Numbered from the stretch's first letter, positions 18,384 to 28,500 are shown. The stretch: DNA of 64,000 nt from an uncultured bacterium (GCA_938004065.1 CALKWM010000039.1:1313-65312), one strand, 5' to 3'. Numbers and translations are program-made. Notes: generated by a model from the sequence alone, not told the origin.

Positions 18384-19511
18384 TCAATCAATTTCAATCA
18401 CCTGCCCATCTTTGATTTCTTTGACCGAGTACTGGATCCAAACCAAATCGCCGTTTTTATCGAAACGATAATCACCGATAATTCCGCTATAATTCTTTAA
18501 ATTATAGAAATAATTTTTTACCAAATCGGCGTCGTAACCTTCGCTTACCATCGCTTGTTTAAACAAATATACACCATCATAGGCCGCGCCCAGATAAAAT
18601 TCAAATGTTGGCTGGCCGTATTTGGCCGTGAAATTTGTGAGGAAATTGTCTGCCACCACATTATCCCGATCCAATGATGGATTATCGACAATTTTTATCC
18701 CTTCCGCATCTTTTCCGGCAATCTCTAAAGCAGTGGCGCCGGCCACCACATTGGTTCCAAATAGGGGAGTGTCCAGTTTAGCTTCAAAAATCTGCTTCAC
18801 GATTTTTCCTCCACTGGCTTCCGTTTGTGGATTTATCAATATTGCCTGCGGATTTTTGGCTTTGATTTCGCCGATATATGATTTGAAATCGCTGTCCATC
18901 GTGGAATACAGGCCATCATAAACCAGCTTACCGCCGGCTTTTTCATACTCCTCTTTGAAAACATTTCGCAAGTCGATAGCATAATCAGTACTTTCACTGA
19001 TCACGGCAACGGTTTTGTATTGTTTGGAAATTAGATTTGCCAATGCTTTTCCGATGTCGGCATCGGATGGTGTGTTACGAAATATAAAATCGCCGGCCAA
19101 GGTTACATCCGGACTGGATGAAGAAGGGGAGATGGCTACCGCCTGGGAGCTGTTTAACAACGGAGCTATCGCCAATGTTTCCCCACTGCAAACACCCCCG
19201 ATGATAAATTTTACTTTTTCCGTATCGATCAATTTTTGAGCCGCCATTTGTGCGCCGTTTTCCTCGCACAAACCATCTTCCGCGATCAATTTAATTTGTT
19301 TGCCCATGATCCCGCCGGATTGATTGATCTCATCAACCGCCAATTTCACCGCATTCAAAATCGGCTCGCCGTAACTTTTGGCATCACCGGACAATGGGCC
19401 GACAAACCCGATTTTCACCTCATCAACTTTATCCCATTCATTGATTGATACCACTTTACATCCGGTCGCAAACAACAGTAACGCCAATGCGATCGATAAA
19501 ATCTTCTTCAT
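18384..19511 (-). CDS. Branched-chain amino-acid ABC substrate-binding lipoprotein (LivJ-like), orphan
   Basis: Lipobox ATGC; KIGFVGPLSG, INQSGGIMG, IIGGVCSG and AYDGV motifs. Confidence 0.85.
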   Translation of the reverse strand: MKKILSIALALLLFATGCKVVSINEWDKVDEVKIGFVGPLSGDAKSYGEPILNAVKLAVDEINQSGGIMGKQIKLIAEDGLCEENGAQMAAQKLIDTEKVKFIIGGVCSGETLAIAPLLNSSQAVAISPSSSSPDVTLAGDFIFRNTPSDADIGKALANLISKQYKTVAVISESTDYAIDLRNVFKEEYEKAGGKLVYDGLYSTMDSDFKSYIGEIKAKNPQAILINPQTEASGGKIVKQIFEAKLDTPLFGTNVVAGATALEIAGKDAEGIKIVDNPSLDRDNVVADNFLTNFTAKYGQPTFEFYLGAAYDGVYLFKQAMVSEGYDADLVKNYFYNLKNYSGIIGDYRFDKNGDLVWIQYSVKEIKDGQVIEID

Positions 19512-19654
19512 TTTTATAATTTAATTAATGCTATGTATTTTCATCATATATAAACACCAACTAATTGTAAAAACATCTTGAAAAAACCTTAATTATATCC
19601 TATATTTAGATTTGTAATTTAAAAAAATATCATACAAAAAGAGGTGAAAAAAAA

Positions 19655-20158
19655 TTGTTTAAAAAAATTATCTCATTAATTTTTTCTTTTTTACTCTTAG
19701 TAAACGTAGCCAATGCCCAAGTAAAAAAATCTGTTTCAATCGCCATCATTGGAGCCGAGAATTCCGATCAAATGGTAATTTATTTGTCAGCTTTCGGCAA
19801 TGACTTACAGAGGATTAAATTATCCGCAGACAATACAATTGTTGTACCAAACAATAGAGAGATTTGGCTGTATGTGCCATATGACAAAGACAAATATGAC
19901 ACTTTATTAATTGATAATATTCCGGTCTATGAACGTACGGTCATTAGTCTCTCCCAAACACATAACGAGTATTGTTTTTGGGTGGTTTTAAATGAACAAC
20001 CACCGGGGATTCATAAGGTTGAATTTATATCCGGTGGGCAGAGTTTCTTTTTTTCTATTCAAGCAATGGAAAATTTTGAAACAAATATCGTGAAATATTG
20101 CGAGGAAGTCAAAAAAATTTACGAATTCCTCCCGAGAGGATATTTGATTGAAAACTAA
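19655..20158 (+). CDS. Secreted hypothetical protein
   Basis: SD GAGGTG; signal peptide ending ANA-Q. Confidence 0.65.
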   Translation: MFKKIISLIFSFLLLVNVANAQVKKSVSIAIIGAENSDQMVIYLSAFGNDLQRIKLSADNTIVVPNNREIWLYVPYDKDKYDTLLIDNIPVYERTVISLSQTHNEYCFWVVLNEQPPGIHKVEFISGGQSFFFSIQAMENFETNIVKYCEEVKKIYEFLPRGYLIEN

Positions 20159-20199
20159 TTGCTCAACAAGTTAAGATTGCCAAAAATAATTAAAATAAT

Positions 20200-20248
20200 C
20201 GATCCCCGATCCGGAGCACCCTACGGGCTTCCGGTCGAGAATGACAGA
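20200..20248 (-). repeat. REP-like core variant (GATCCCCGA...GAATGACAG)
   Basis: Shares ends with the MITE core; internal CCGGAGC..GCTTCCGG hairpin. Confidence 0.65.
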
Positions 20249-20269
20249 CAAAATAATAATTTTTTTAAA

Positions 20270-20294
20270 AATCCCCCGATAACCTCGGGGGATT
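20270..20294 (-). terminator. Terminator for tyrS
   Basis: AATCCCCCGA-TAACC-TCGGGGGATT. Confidence 0.7.
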
Positions 20295-20298
20295 AATC

Positions 20299-21426
20299 TT
20301 ATCTACTAACTATACTGTTCAATTCCCGCAACAATTCTTTCTTTTCCGGTTTATCAAATTCATCTCGTATCGGTTTTAACAAATCTATCAAAAATTCCGC
20401 CACCGCATTTTTCAAATCCATTGGATGTAATTCTCCTTTGGCAAATGTTTTCTTTAGCTCTTCAATACTATTTAACTCCATATCACCGCCATGTTCCGGT
20501 TTTCTTTTGATGATCAATTTATCCTGATGTGTAAAAACCAAATTCTCCACCCAGTCGATAATCGGATTGAACTCCACTTCACCTTCCGGACAAAATGCTT
20601 TGGCAATTTTTTGGCGAATCTCTTCCTCGCTATCATGGACAAAAACAGCACTGTTTGGAACCGATTTGCTCATCTTCATGGTTGACCACAAATCTTGTTT
20701 ATTCATCTCGTCTGGTATCGGCCAAACTGACGGTTTTTGCAGTCCAAGCAACAATTTGTGATGTATTCCCACCGGCTTGACGATATTTTCGCCCAATTTC
20801 AAAGGATTTATTTTTAATTTCATTGCCACATCTCTCGCGATTACCTGGGCTTTTCTTTGATCATTGCCGGCATGTGGCAGATGAATCTGCATCGTGAAAA
20901 TATCGGAAACCTGCATCGCCGGGTACATTAATTTTGCAAAATCCACTGCATCACCTTCATTTCTACCCATAATTGTGATACTGCGTTTCATTCTGGCAAG
21001 TGTTGTGTTCTTGGATATTTCAACAACCGTTTCCCAAAATTGATTATTTTCCTTGTACAAATCAGAACCCAAAACGAATGTCAATTTTTTCGAGTTACCA
21101 CCCAACACTTCAAAACACAATTTCAAAGTGTGTGCGAAATAATCATGAGCAAACTTGGCGATTTTTTTTCTGTCCCCACCCAATTTATCATTGATCCAGC
21201 TGTGCCAGTCGGCCAGAAATACATGACAATTCACTCCCGCGTCCATGATGTCTTTGACTTTTTGCATACATACCAGACCTGTTCCCAGATGCACCATGCC
21301 GGAAATTTCAAAACCAATGTAGTGGTTGAGTGGCTGACCTGATTCTATCATCTTTTTCAAATCTTCTTCCGTCATAACTTCGGCTGTGTTTTGAGAAATC
21401 AATTTAATTTTTTTGTCATTAGTCAT
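20299..21426 (-). CDS. tyrS: Tyrosyl-tRNA synthetase, archaeal/eukaryal type
   Basis: YIGFEISGMVHLG, ADWHSWINDK, YPAMQVSDIF, GNDQRKA, KMSKS, KAFCP and LHPMDLK; lacks the bacterial S4 domain. Confidence 0.93.
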   Translation of the reverse strand: MTNDKKIKLISQNTAEVMTEEDLKKMIESGQPLNHYIGFEISGMVHLGTGLVCMQKVKDIMDAGVNCHVFLADWHSWINDKLGGDRKKIAKFAHDYFAHTLKLCFEVLGGNSKKLTFVLGSDLYKENNQFWETVVEISKNTTLARMKRSITIMGRNEGDAVDFAKLMYPAMQVSDIFTMQIHLPHAGNDQRKAQVIARDVAMKLKINPLKLGENIVKPVGIHHKLLLGLQKPSVWPIPDEMNKQDLWSTMKMSKSVPNSAVFVHDSEEEIRQKIAKAFCPEGEVEFNPIIDWVENLVFTHQDKLIIKRKPEHGGDMELNSIEELKKTFAKGELHPMDLKNAVAEFLIDLLKPIRDEFDKPEKKELLRELNSIVSR

Positions 21427-21488
21427 AATTTTTTCTTATTACTTATTTCTTATTTCTTAATTCTTGTTCGCGCCTTCGGCGCGAAAAA

Positions 21489-21560
21489 TCCGGCGGGTAG
21501 GAATCGAACCTACCTTTCTGGTTTTACAGACCAGCGCATAAACCTCTCTGCCACCGCCGG
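21489..21560 (-). tRNA. tRNA-Tyr(GUA), archaeal-type (C1:G72, 4-nt variable loop, A73; CCA not encoded)
   Basis: CCGGCGG-TG-GCAGAGAGGTTTATGC-G-CTGGT-CTGTAAA-ACCAG-AAAG-GTAGG-TTCGATT-CCTAC-CCGCCGG-A. Confidence 0.95.
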
Positions 21561-21696
21561 AAAACATTTCAAGTTCTAATTTCTAATTTTTAAGTTTTAA
21601 AGTTACAAATAACATACAAAATATTGACTGTGATAATTTTTTTTCTTGCTTCTTTTGTCATGTGTCTTGATTCTTGTTAAATGCAATTTAATATAT

Positions 21697-21965
21697 AAAA
21701 AAACTCATCTTCGAATACAAACTTTTTTACAAAAATTTGTATCCAAGGACGAGTTTTCTCGCGGTACCACCTTGGTTTATTGATCTATTGCTAAATCAAT
21801 CTCAGTAAGTGTCAAACAACACTTTAGTATATGATAACGGTTACTTTCCGTCAGGCCTTACTTGTGATTTCTGACCTGCCACATCGAAATGGGTGTAATT
21901 TGTTTAGTCCCAAATCTAAATATCGTGTTTAATAATAAATTGTTAAAAACTCTATTCGCATATTA
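21697..21965 (-). promoter_or_regulatory. T-box riboswitch (probable Tyr specifier UAC)
   Basis: AAGGTGGTACCGCG T-box (21760-21773), CCGTTATC element, stem II GTCAG..CTGAC, long terminator with U-run, TAC at 21895-21897. Confidence 0.88.
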
Positions 21966-21972
21966 CAAACCG

Positions 21973-22001
21973 ATTATAGCAAATATGTATTCATTTGTCA
22001 A
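21973..22001 (-). promoter_or_regulatory. sigma70 promoter of the T-box/tRNA/tyrS operon
   Basis: TTGACA-17 bp-TATAAT with extended -10 TG. Confidence 0.8.
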
Positions 22002-22285
22002 GAACGTATTCAGAGCATAAATTTTGTCATAATATCATCCACAAAAGATATTTTTAAAAAACATTAGTGTATAAATTTATCAATTAGATAAATCCAGCAA
22101 GTCTTCTCAAATACATTTTTTTAGAAGCAATATTTTTGTTAAAATAATAAAGATGACAATTTTTCCATTTGGAAAAAATAATAATATGGGAAAAAAAATT
22201 ATAAATAAAAGCGACTTTTGAGGAGTGATTTTTTTATCCTCATTTTTTTAATTTTTTACTAGCCGGTAAGTTAATTTGTAAAAAA

Positions 22286-22684
22286 ATGAAAACATTGGAA
22301 ACTGCCAAAAAATTTGAATCTGAAAAATGGCAAGAAATTATTAATCAAAAAGAGATTGAACAGGACATAAGACTGGATATCAAAAACCAAAATGATAAAG
22401 AATTGCTTAGAATGGCCAAAGCCATCATTATCCAACTGGAAAACAAAAATTTTGGCGAAGAGATTATGGCAGAAATAAATACTCTACTGCAAAGCTATGC
22501 CAAAGCAGATCATATCGACAAACAGCATATTTGCCGAACGATAATAAATCGGGTAGCCAAATATTTGGAAATTGACACCAAGATGGAGTACAGCGGTTAT
22601 GAAACACGGCTAAATATGCCAAAAAAATCGATCCGTCAGACGAAAATAGTTCAAATGGCTCAGGCGATACCGAATTCACTCTGA
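22286..22684 (+). CDS. N-terminal part of a probable sensor histidine kinase (split at an A7 run)
   Basis: The -1 frame is open from 22603 into the kinase ORF; adding one A at 22621-22627 fuses the two. Confidence 0.55.
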   Translation: MKTLETAKKFESEKWQEIINQKEIEQDIRLDIKNQNDKELLRMAKAIIIQLENKNFGEEIMAEINTLLQSYAKADHIDKQHICRTIINRVAKYLEIDTKMEYSGYETRLNMPKKSIRQTKIVQMAQAIPNSL

Positions 22685-22701
22685 TTTTTGATAAATCAAA
22701 T

Positions 22702-23514
22702 GTGGAGGAATTAGAGAAAGAAATTGAAATTGATCGAAAATCAGGCAAATTAACTATGGTGAATTATAATATGGTTATGGAAAAAGAAAAGGTCGATAAA
22801 TTAGTCACAATGCAAAACTCTATCCAAAATTATCGTGAATACAACCATGAATTAAAAAATTGTTATTCAGCCGGATTATTGGCCATTGAATGTGCATATA
22901 ATAGTTTAAGTACGCAGATTGGTGAAGAAAAAATGGCTATTGAGAAAAAAATATTTGATGAAAAAATCGGTTACGCCAAAAAACTACTTTGTTTGGGACC
23001 GGAAAAATTTGCTATGTTAGGAGAGTCAAAATCCGTGGTCGATTGTGGAGAAATAGTTGATTCACAAGTGGATTTATTCCGCGATTATCTGCAAGGAGAA
23101 AATATCAGTATTAAAATTATCAAAGATAACAAATTTTATTTAAGAAATGCTTCACCACATAAATTGCGAGTAGTGATAAGTAATCTCATCAAAAACGCCG
23201 AAGAAGCTTTCGCCGGAATCGAAAAACCGGACAAAAAAATCCTCCTTTTATTTGATTATCACAATGGTTATAACTGTTTAAAAATTGTTGATAATGGCAA
23301 AGGTATGTCAGAAAACGAGAAAGAGAAAATTTTCCTAAAAAACTATTCATCCAAAGGTGATGGTCGAGGTATCGGCATGTCGATAGTCAAAAAATATATC
23401 GAAGAACTCGGGGGTAAGTTAGAGGTACAAAGCGCCAAAGAAAAATACACCGAAATGTGCTTGAAATTCCCCGAAAGTATTTGTATCAGCAAAAATTGTC
23501 AACGAAAAGATTGA
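22702..23514 (+). CDS. Histidine kinase (HisKA + HATPase_c)
   Basis: YNHELKN, NLIKNAEEA, DNGKGM, GRGIGM and GGKLEV boxes. Confidence 0.85.
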   Translation: MEELEKEIEIDRKSGKLTMVNYNMVMEKEKVDKLVTMQNSIQNYREYNHELKNCYSAGLLAIECAYNSLSTQIGEEKMAIEKKIFDEKIGYAKKLLCLGPEKFAMLGESKSVVDCGEIVDSQVDLFRDYLQGENISIKIIKDNKFYLRNASPHKLRVVISNLIKNAEEAFAGIEKPDKKILLLFDYHNGYNCLKIVDNGKGMSENEKEKIFLKNYSSKGDGRGIGMSIVKKYIEELGGKLEVQSAKEKYTEMCLKFPESICISKNCQRKD

Positions 23515-23679
23515 TATTATGGCGATACAATGGCTTCACATTTTTATGATTTGTTTTAAAATGATATGACATGATTCTAGTCATAGTCACTATTTATTTC
23601 AGCGGTTTCTTGTGCTACTCTATAAGTAAAGATAACAAAAATAAAACTTTTTCCCTTGCATTTTTTAGGAAAAGTTTTC

Positions 23680-24924
23680 ATGAAAAATTTATATAAAACC
23701 ATAATTACTCTGATCATCATCCCGGTAATTTTTTTATTGTCCCCAGCCAAAATCCTGGCATACAAAGATTTACCGATCTCCGATTCGGCAACAACTAAAT
23801 ACATCTATCGTTTTTGGAGCCCTGTTTTCAAGGGTCATTTTTTCACCATGGACCATGCCGAAGCCAATCGAGTGGCCAACGAGGACAGTAACTGGAATTT
23901 TGAACAGATTGCCTACAGCGCCTATGCCATGCAATCTGAAGCAACCTTGCCCGTTTATCGTTTTTGGAGTCCGGTATTTCATGGACATTTTTATACCATC
24001 AATCCGGAAGAATGGATGCGAGTCAAAGACACCGATTCCAACTGGAATTACGAATGGATCGCCTATTATGCATATCCACCAACCTATACCGGTGAAGCCA
24101 AAAATGTTTATCGTTTTTGGAGTCCCGTTTTTCTCCATCACTTTTTTACTATCGACGAAGAGGAGATGAAGCGTGTCCGTGATACCGATCCCAATTGGGA
24201 CTACGAGGGAATCGCCTTCAAAGTCCCGCCGGGTGACACCAATCAGACAATCACCGGTGATGAGAAAAAGCTGATTGAAAGCGAAACCGCCGCTATCCAA
24301 GTCGATGAAATTAGCGATGTAACCAGTCAATACCCGGCTCAGGCCAAAACTGGAGAAAAACTTATCGCTACCAAAGTTTATCTACTTAATACCGGTCAGG
24401 ATCCAATTGATTATAGTCTGTATGATTTTATTTTAAAAAATCCGGAAAATGGCCAAACCTACCAACCTCAACCCATCGCCGAACCGGTTTTGGTTGGCGG
24501 TAAACTTTCACCCGGGGAAAGTGTTGAAGGTAATCTCACGTTTTCCATCCCGACCGATTTAAACAATCCCGTTCTGCAATACTCGAGCGACAACATGGAG
24601 ATAAAAAACAATCGAATCGAAGTCAATCTGGATATCACCCCCAGCGTCGTCATCATTTCCAGCGGTGTCATAACGGACCAATTTTCTTCCCAAAAAATCG
24701 TCGGTACGGTCAAAAACAATACCAAAACTCCGGTTAGACACGTCAAAATAACCGCCAGTTATTTTGATGAATCTATGGAACAAATCGGCGAAAATTTTAG
24801 TTATGCCGAAAAAGCCAGTATCGATTTTCTCCAACCCGGCGATACCGCCGATTTCAAAATCTGGTACTCGAGCAACCCATCTGTCAAGTACTATGAATTA
24901 ACTCTAAACTGGCAGACAAACTAG
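23680..24924 (+). CDS. Secreted protein: three YRFWSPVF repeats (DUF5648-like), a DUF4352-like domain and an FxLYD-like domain
   Basis: Signal peptide; three ~50-aa repeats; LSPGESVEG; GTVKNNT..ITASYFD..LQPGD. Confidence 0.75.
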   Translation: MKNLYKTIITLIIIPVIFLLSPAKILAYKDLPISDSATTKYIYRFWSPVFKGHFFTMDHAEANRVANEDSNWNFEQIAYSAYAMQSEATLPVYRFWSPVFHGHFYTINPEEWMRVKDTDSNWNYEWIAYYAYPPTYTGEAKNVYRFWSPVFLHHFFTIDEEEMKRVRDTDPNWDYEGIAFKVPPGDTNQTITGDEKKLIESETAAIQVDEISDVTSQYPAQAKTGEKLIATKVYLLNTGQDPIDYSLYDFILKNPENGQTYQPQPIAEPVLVGGKLSPGESVEGNLTFSIPTDLNNPVLQYSSDNMEIKNNRIEVNLDITPSVVIISSGVITDQFSSQKIVGTVKNNTKTPVRHVKITASYFDESMEQIGENFSYAEKASIDFLQPGDTADFKIWYSSNPSVKYYELTLNWQTN

Positions 24925-24946
24925 ATTAATTTAATGATATATCAAA

Positions 24947-24971
24947 AACAGCCGTATTATTCACGGCTGTT
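24947..24971. terminator. Bidirectional terminator
   Basis: AACAGCCGT-loop-ACGGCTGTT between convergent genes. Confidence 0.65.
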
Positions 24972-25000
24972 TAATATAGAATCAAAGAAAAAAATACCAA

Positions 25001-26578
25001 TTATTTACTAAACAATTGATCGATCACCAACTGTCCATTATCTTCCTGGGCGTGTAAACTTAACTTTGTTGCCAATATTGCCACCTCTCTTTCGTATCGG
25101 GACAGTTCGGCAAATTCTTGTGAATTGACCAAACTTGTACTTTTTTTTACCACATCTTGTTTAACATTTCCCAAGGTAATTTCAATCAGATCTAAAAATT
25201 CACCTCTGCTGATAGTTAAATCAATTGTTCTTTCTTGCGGGGGCTTTATGATTTTTGACTCCATGCTTTTTCCCGCTTGTAATGAATTAATATTTTCCTG
25301 TTTTCCCGTTTTCTGAATTTTTTCCGCGTGTTCTTTCAATGCTTCAACCATCTGCCATTTTTTGAGAAAATCAATTATCTGCGGACAATAACTGGCAAAA
25401 ATATCCTGTTTTTGCACTGATTGCGCTAACTTCTGGAGATCATCCAAACGAAAATATCTTTTAATTTTTTCTAAAACGCTCACGCCGGCAGTCTGTTTGA
25501 GTTGTGCTTCAGATTTATTCATCTCTCGTAAATCAATGCTCACATTGATCTTGCTTGATTTTTCTTCGGAATTATTTTCAATTTGTCTTTTGATTAACTG
25601 ATTTTTGCGCTGGAATTTTTCTATTTCCCCAATTTGTATCTCGTTCAAAGCCAATTGATATTCAACTTTTTTCACTTTGTTCAATTGGTGAAAATAGAAA
25701 AAATACTTTGCTTGTAACAACAGTTCACTCTCAATCTTGTCTTGCCAAGCATTCTTGACTCGTTCCAAATATGGTAAATGTTTAAATTTTGACAGTAACT
25801 CATCCGGCAGTAAATCCGGTTTTTCATCAGCCAAATTTTCCACCAAAATATTTATTTGCGCACTTTTTTTAGTTTTGATGGCATCAACCAGTGTTTTGGT
25901 CATTAGTTGGCCGGTGGCTTTTTCTCCAATAGTATCGGTTAAATCGCGGATGTCTTTGTCAATAAACAATTCTTGTGTAAGTAAATCGATCTTGCCGATA
26001 TTTTCAAATGGATTGCTGTTTTGGTCCAAGTTATTTAACCGAGCATCAAAAGTATTGATATATTTTTTGTACCGGTTAATGATTTCGTCCAAATCATTTT
26101 TGATGTATTCGTTATATTTTTCTTTGTAAAACACATCGGAAAATCCCTTAAAGCAATCCAGCTTCATCTGCATTTCAGCAATATACTGGGCGGTAGCTTG
26201 ATTGCCGGCAATTTTATGTTGTAAGAAACCGATATATTCATTTCTTTTCTGTTCAATCTCTTGATCGATGATTTTTATCAAATCCTCATCCGTCTTTGAT
26301 GTGGACAATCTTTCAATCTCCTGAGTTAAAAACTCATTTTGATTTTCGACATAAGTCAATTTACTTTGCAATAAATCTATTTGAAAATTCGTAAAATCAT
26401 CAAAAACATCGGGGTATTTGATAACCTTTTTATCGCCATTACTGCCAACGGATTCAATCTTTGGTGTTAGTAGCAGTTTTGAGATAATCAACCCCTTGTT
26501 AAAATCTGCCGATTCGATATGATTGGACCCATCTTTTCTTTGATAGTCGTTCGGTTCTTGTCCCGGAGCGTTTTTCAT
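25001..26578 (-). CDS. Hypothetical coiled-coil-rich protein
   Basis: 525-aa ORF with no recognised motif. Confidence 0.65.
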   Translation of the reverse strand: MKNAPGQEPNDYQRKDGSNHIESADFNKGLIISKLLLTPKIESVGSNGDKKVIKYPDVFDDFTNFQIDLLQSKLTYVENQNEFLTQEIERLSTSKTDEDLIKIIDQEIEQKRNEYIGFLQHKIAGNQATAQYIAEMQMKLDCFKGFSDVFYKEKYNEYIKNDLDEIINRYKKYINTFDARLNNLDQNSNPFENIGKIDLLTQELFIDKDIRDLTDTIGEKATGQLMTKTLVDAIKTKKSAQINILVENLADEKPDLLPDELLSKFKHLPYLERVKNAWQDKIESELLLQAKYFFYFHQLNKVKKVEYQLALNEIQIGEIEKFQRKNQLIKRQIENNSEEKSSKINVSIDLREMNKSEAQLKQTAGVSVLEKIKRYFRLDDLQKLAQSVQKQDIFASYCPQIIDFLKKWQMVEALKEHAEKIQKTGKQENINSLQAGKSMESKIIKPPQERTIDLTISRGEFLDLIEITLGNVKQDVVKKSTSLVNSQEFAELSRYEREVAILATKLSLHAQEDNGQLVIDQLFSK

Positions 26579-26740
26579 AAATATTCATTAATTTAAACTT
26601 TTTAAAATATAACAATAATTTATCATATTGGCAATGATTAAATTAATCATAATACACTACCACAGCTTGCCTTTGGATTTAAAATTTGTTAAGTTATGAA
26701 TTGGAAGGCAAAATAATTATTCATATCATTATAGACAAAC

Positions 26741-27328
26741 ATGAAAACAAATCTTGATTCAATCAAGGATTATTCATTTGACCGGCAAGTATTGGCCAGT
26801 CAAAACAGTATGGATTTCCTGGCCAAAATGAAAGAGAAATACACATCCGGCAATACCGATAAAAAGGTTTCCATGGACAATGTTGCTGTCGTACCCAACA
26901 ACAGCTTTATTGATTACCGAAAAGATGTTTTTGAAAGACGGGCTAAACACGATTGGCTCAAGCGATTGGAAAACAAATACACTGCCAAAAACACCGATAC
27001 CGGTTTATCCGGCAATCATTTGGAAAAAGCCAAGGCGGGGAGTTTTTTTGAAAACAATGCCCCATCTTCCGCTCCCCAAAATTCATCCGGAAATTTATCC
27101 AAATGGCAACGCATACAAGCCATAAAAAACTATATCAAATTTTGTTCCGCCACCGAACCGACGCCCGCCATCGCTTCCACTTCTGACTCGACCGATGCAC
27201 AATCATGCACTTCTCCGGTAATACCAGATTGTGTCAATCAACCGTCGCTAGGAAACCGTTTATGGACCGGAGTGAAAGATGTTGTATCCGGAGTAAAAAA
27301 TTTCTTTACCGGAATTTTCAAGCGATAA
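26741..27328 (+). CDS. Hypothetical protein
   Basis: 195-aa ORF with an internal KYT..NTD repeat and an amphipathic C-terminus. Confidence 0.6.
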   Translation: MKTNLDSIKDYSFDRQVLASQNSMDFLAKMKEKYTSGNTDKKVSMDNVAVVPNNSFIDYRKDVFERRAKHDWLKRLENKYTAKNTDTGLSGNHLEKAKAGSFFENNAPSSAPQNSSGNLSKWQRIQAIKNYIKFCSATEPTPAIASTSDSTDAQSCTSPVIPDCVNQPSLGNRLWTGVKDVVSGVKNFFTGIFKR

Positions 27329-27349
27329 ACAACATTTTTTTTTAAATAA

Positions 27350-27391
27350 AAACAAAAGCCACCTTAAAATATTCTAAGGTGGCTTTTGTTT
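27350..27391. terminator. Bidirectional terminator
   Basis: AAACAAAAGCCACCTTA...TAAGGTGGCTTTTGTTT. Confidence 0.8.
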
Positions 27392-27420
27392 AAAATTGTC
27401 TTGTTTTTAAATAGAACTAT

Positions 27421-28374
27421 CTACAAATCATACTTCATCAACTCCTTTTCGATCGTGCCAATTTCTTGTTTCAATGCGCTAAGTAACAAAACATAATTCA
27501 CATTGCTATTTTTTTCAATCTTCTCTTCGATATCCACTTTGGCAAATTCAATCGCTTGCTTCAATTTTTGGACTAAATCCGCGTATTCTTCACTTGCTTT
27601 TGGATTGTTTTTAAAATTATCCAAGGATTTAAAACAAATATTTTTCCAGTTTTTGCGATATCGATCAACGGTGCAGTCGCCATGCCAGGTGGCGGGTGTA
27701 AATGCTTTGGTCCATTCGGTAAAGTCATCAGTCAAGCCATGTTTACTGGCATATATGTATTCTTTTAAACAACCTTTGGAAATTCGTTTTTCAAACTGGG
27801 CCAGTTTATTAACTTCTTTACTTAAACTGCCATCGTGGTTTTGATCGATAGTTTCATAACCCTTTACAATCTCTTTTAAACCCGCAACGGCATTTAAAAA
27901 ATTTTCATCACCAGCTGGATTGTCATAGTCATAAGAGTGTTCAAACTGTTCTACCAAAGTGTTCAATGTTTTTTTGATAAATTTATGTTCTTTTTTGGAA
28001 ATTATTTTTTGTCCCATCTTGCCCAGATAACCGGCGTACTTTTCACCATCGGCTATGTTAAAGTTTAACTTTTTTGCCTCCGTCTCGCCATCTTGATGAA
28101 ACGCTTTGACCGTTGAATTTACCGGTTCAAAAGAAAGCCCGATCTCATTTAATACATCACCGTATTTGGTTACGATAGTTTGGGCATGGACGGCACTTTT
28201 ATCGTTCTCAAAAACGGTATTTTTTTCATCTTTACCCAACTGCATAACATATCGAGCCAGCATTGATCCCATGTTATGATATTTGTCAAATGCTTCGATC
28301 TCGTCCATTAAATTATCAATAGATACATCTTTATTGGCTAATAAATCAATATTGCTCTTAGTTTCTTTACTCAT
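27421..28374 (-). CDS. Hypothetical protein
   Basis: Long ORF; likely start ATG 28374. Confidence 0.65.
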   Translation of the reverse strand: MSKETKSNIDLLANKDVSIDNLMDEIEAFDKYHNMGSMLARYVMQLGKDEKNTVFENDKSAVHAQTIVTKYGDVLNEIGLSFEPVNSTVKAFHQDGETEAKKLNFNIADGEKYAGYLGKMGQKIISKKEHKFIKKTLNTLVEQFEHSYDYDNPAGDENFLNAVAGLKEIVKGYETIDQNHDGSLSKEVNKLAQFEKRISKGCLKEYIYASKHGLTDDFTEWTKAFTPATWHGDCTVDRYRKNWKNICFKSLDNFKNNPKASEEYADLVQKLKQAIEFAKVDIEEKIEKNSNVNYVLLLSALKQEIGTIEKELMKYDL

Positions 28375-28500
28375 TAAAATATTTTTAGAATTAAAACAAG
28401 CTAAACATATCATAAAATTAGCAAAAAGTCAATAGTTTTTTAAATTAATATAACCCATTTAACACTTACGCGTCTAATTAAAAAGAGATAAGTTAAATAA

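Noticed and set aside
23800..24220. Three ~150-bp DNA repeats
   Set aside because: These are in-frame protein domain repeats (YRFWSPVF), not a non-coding array.
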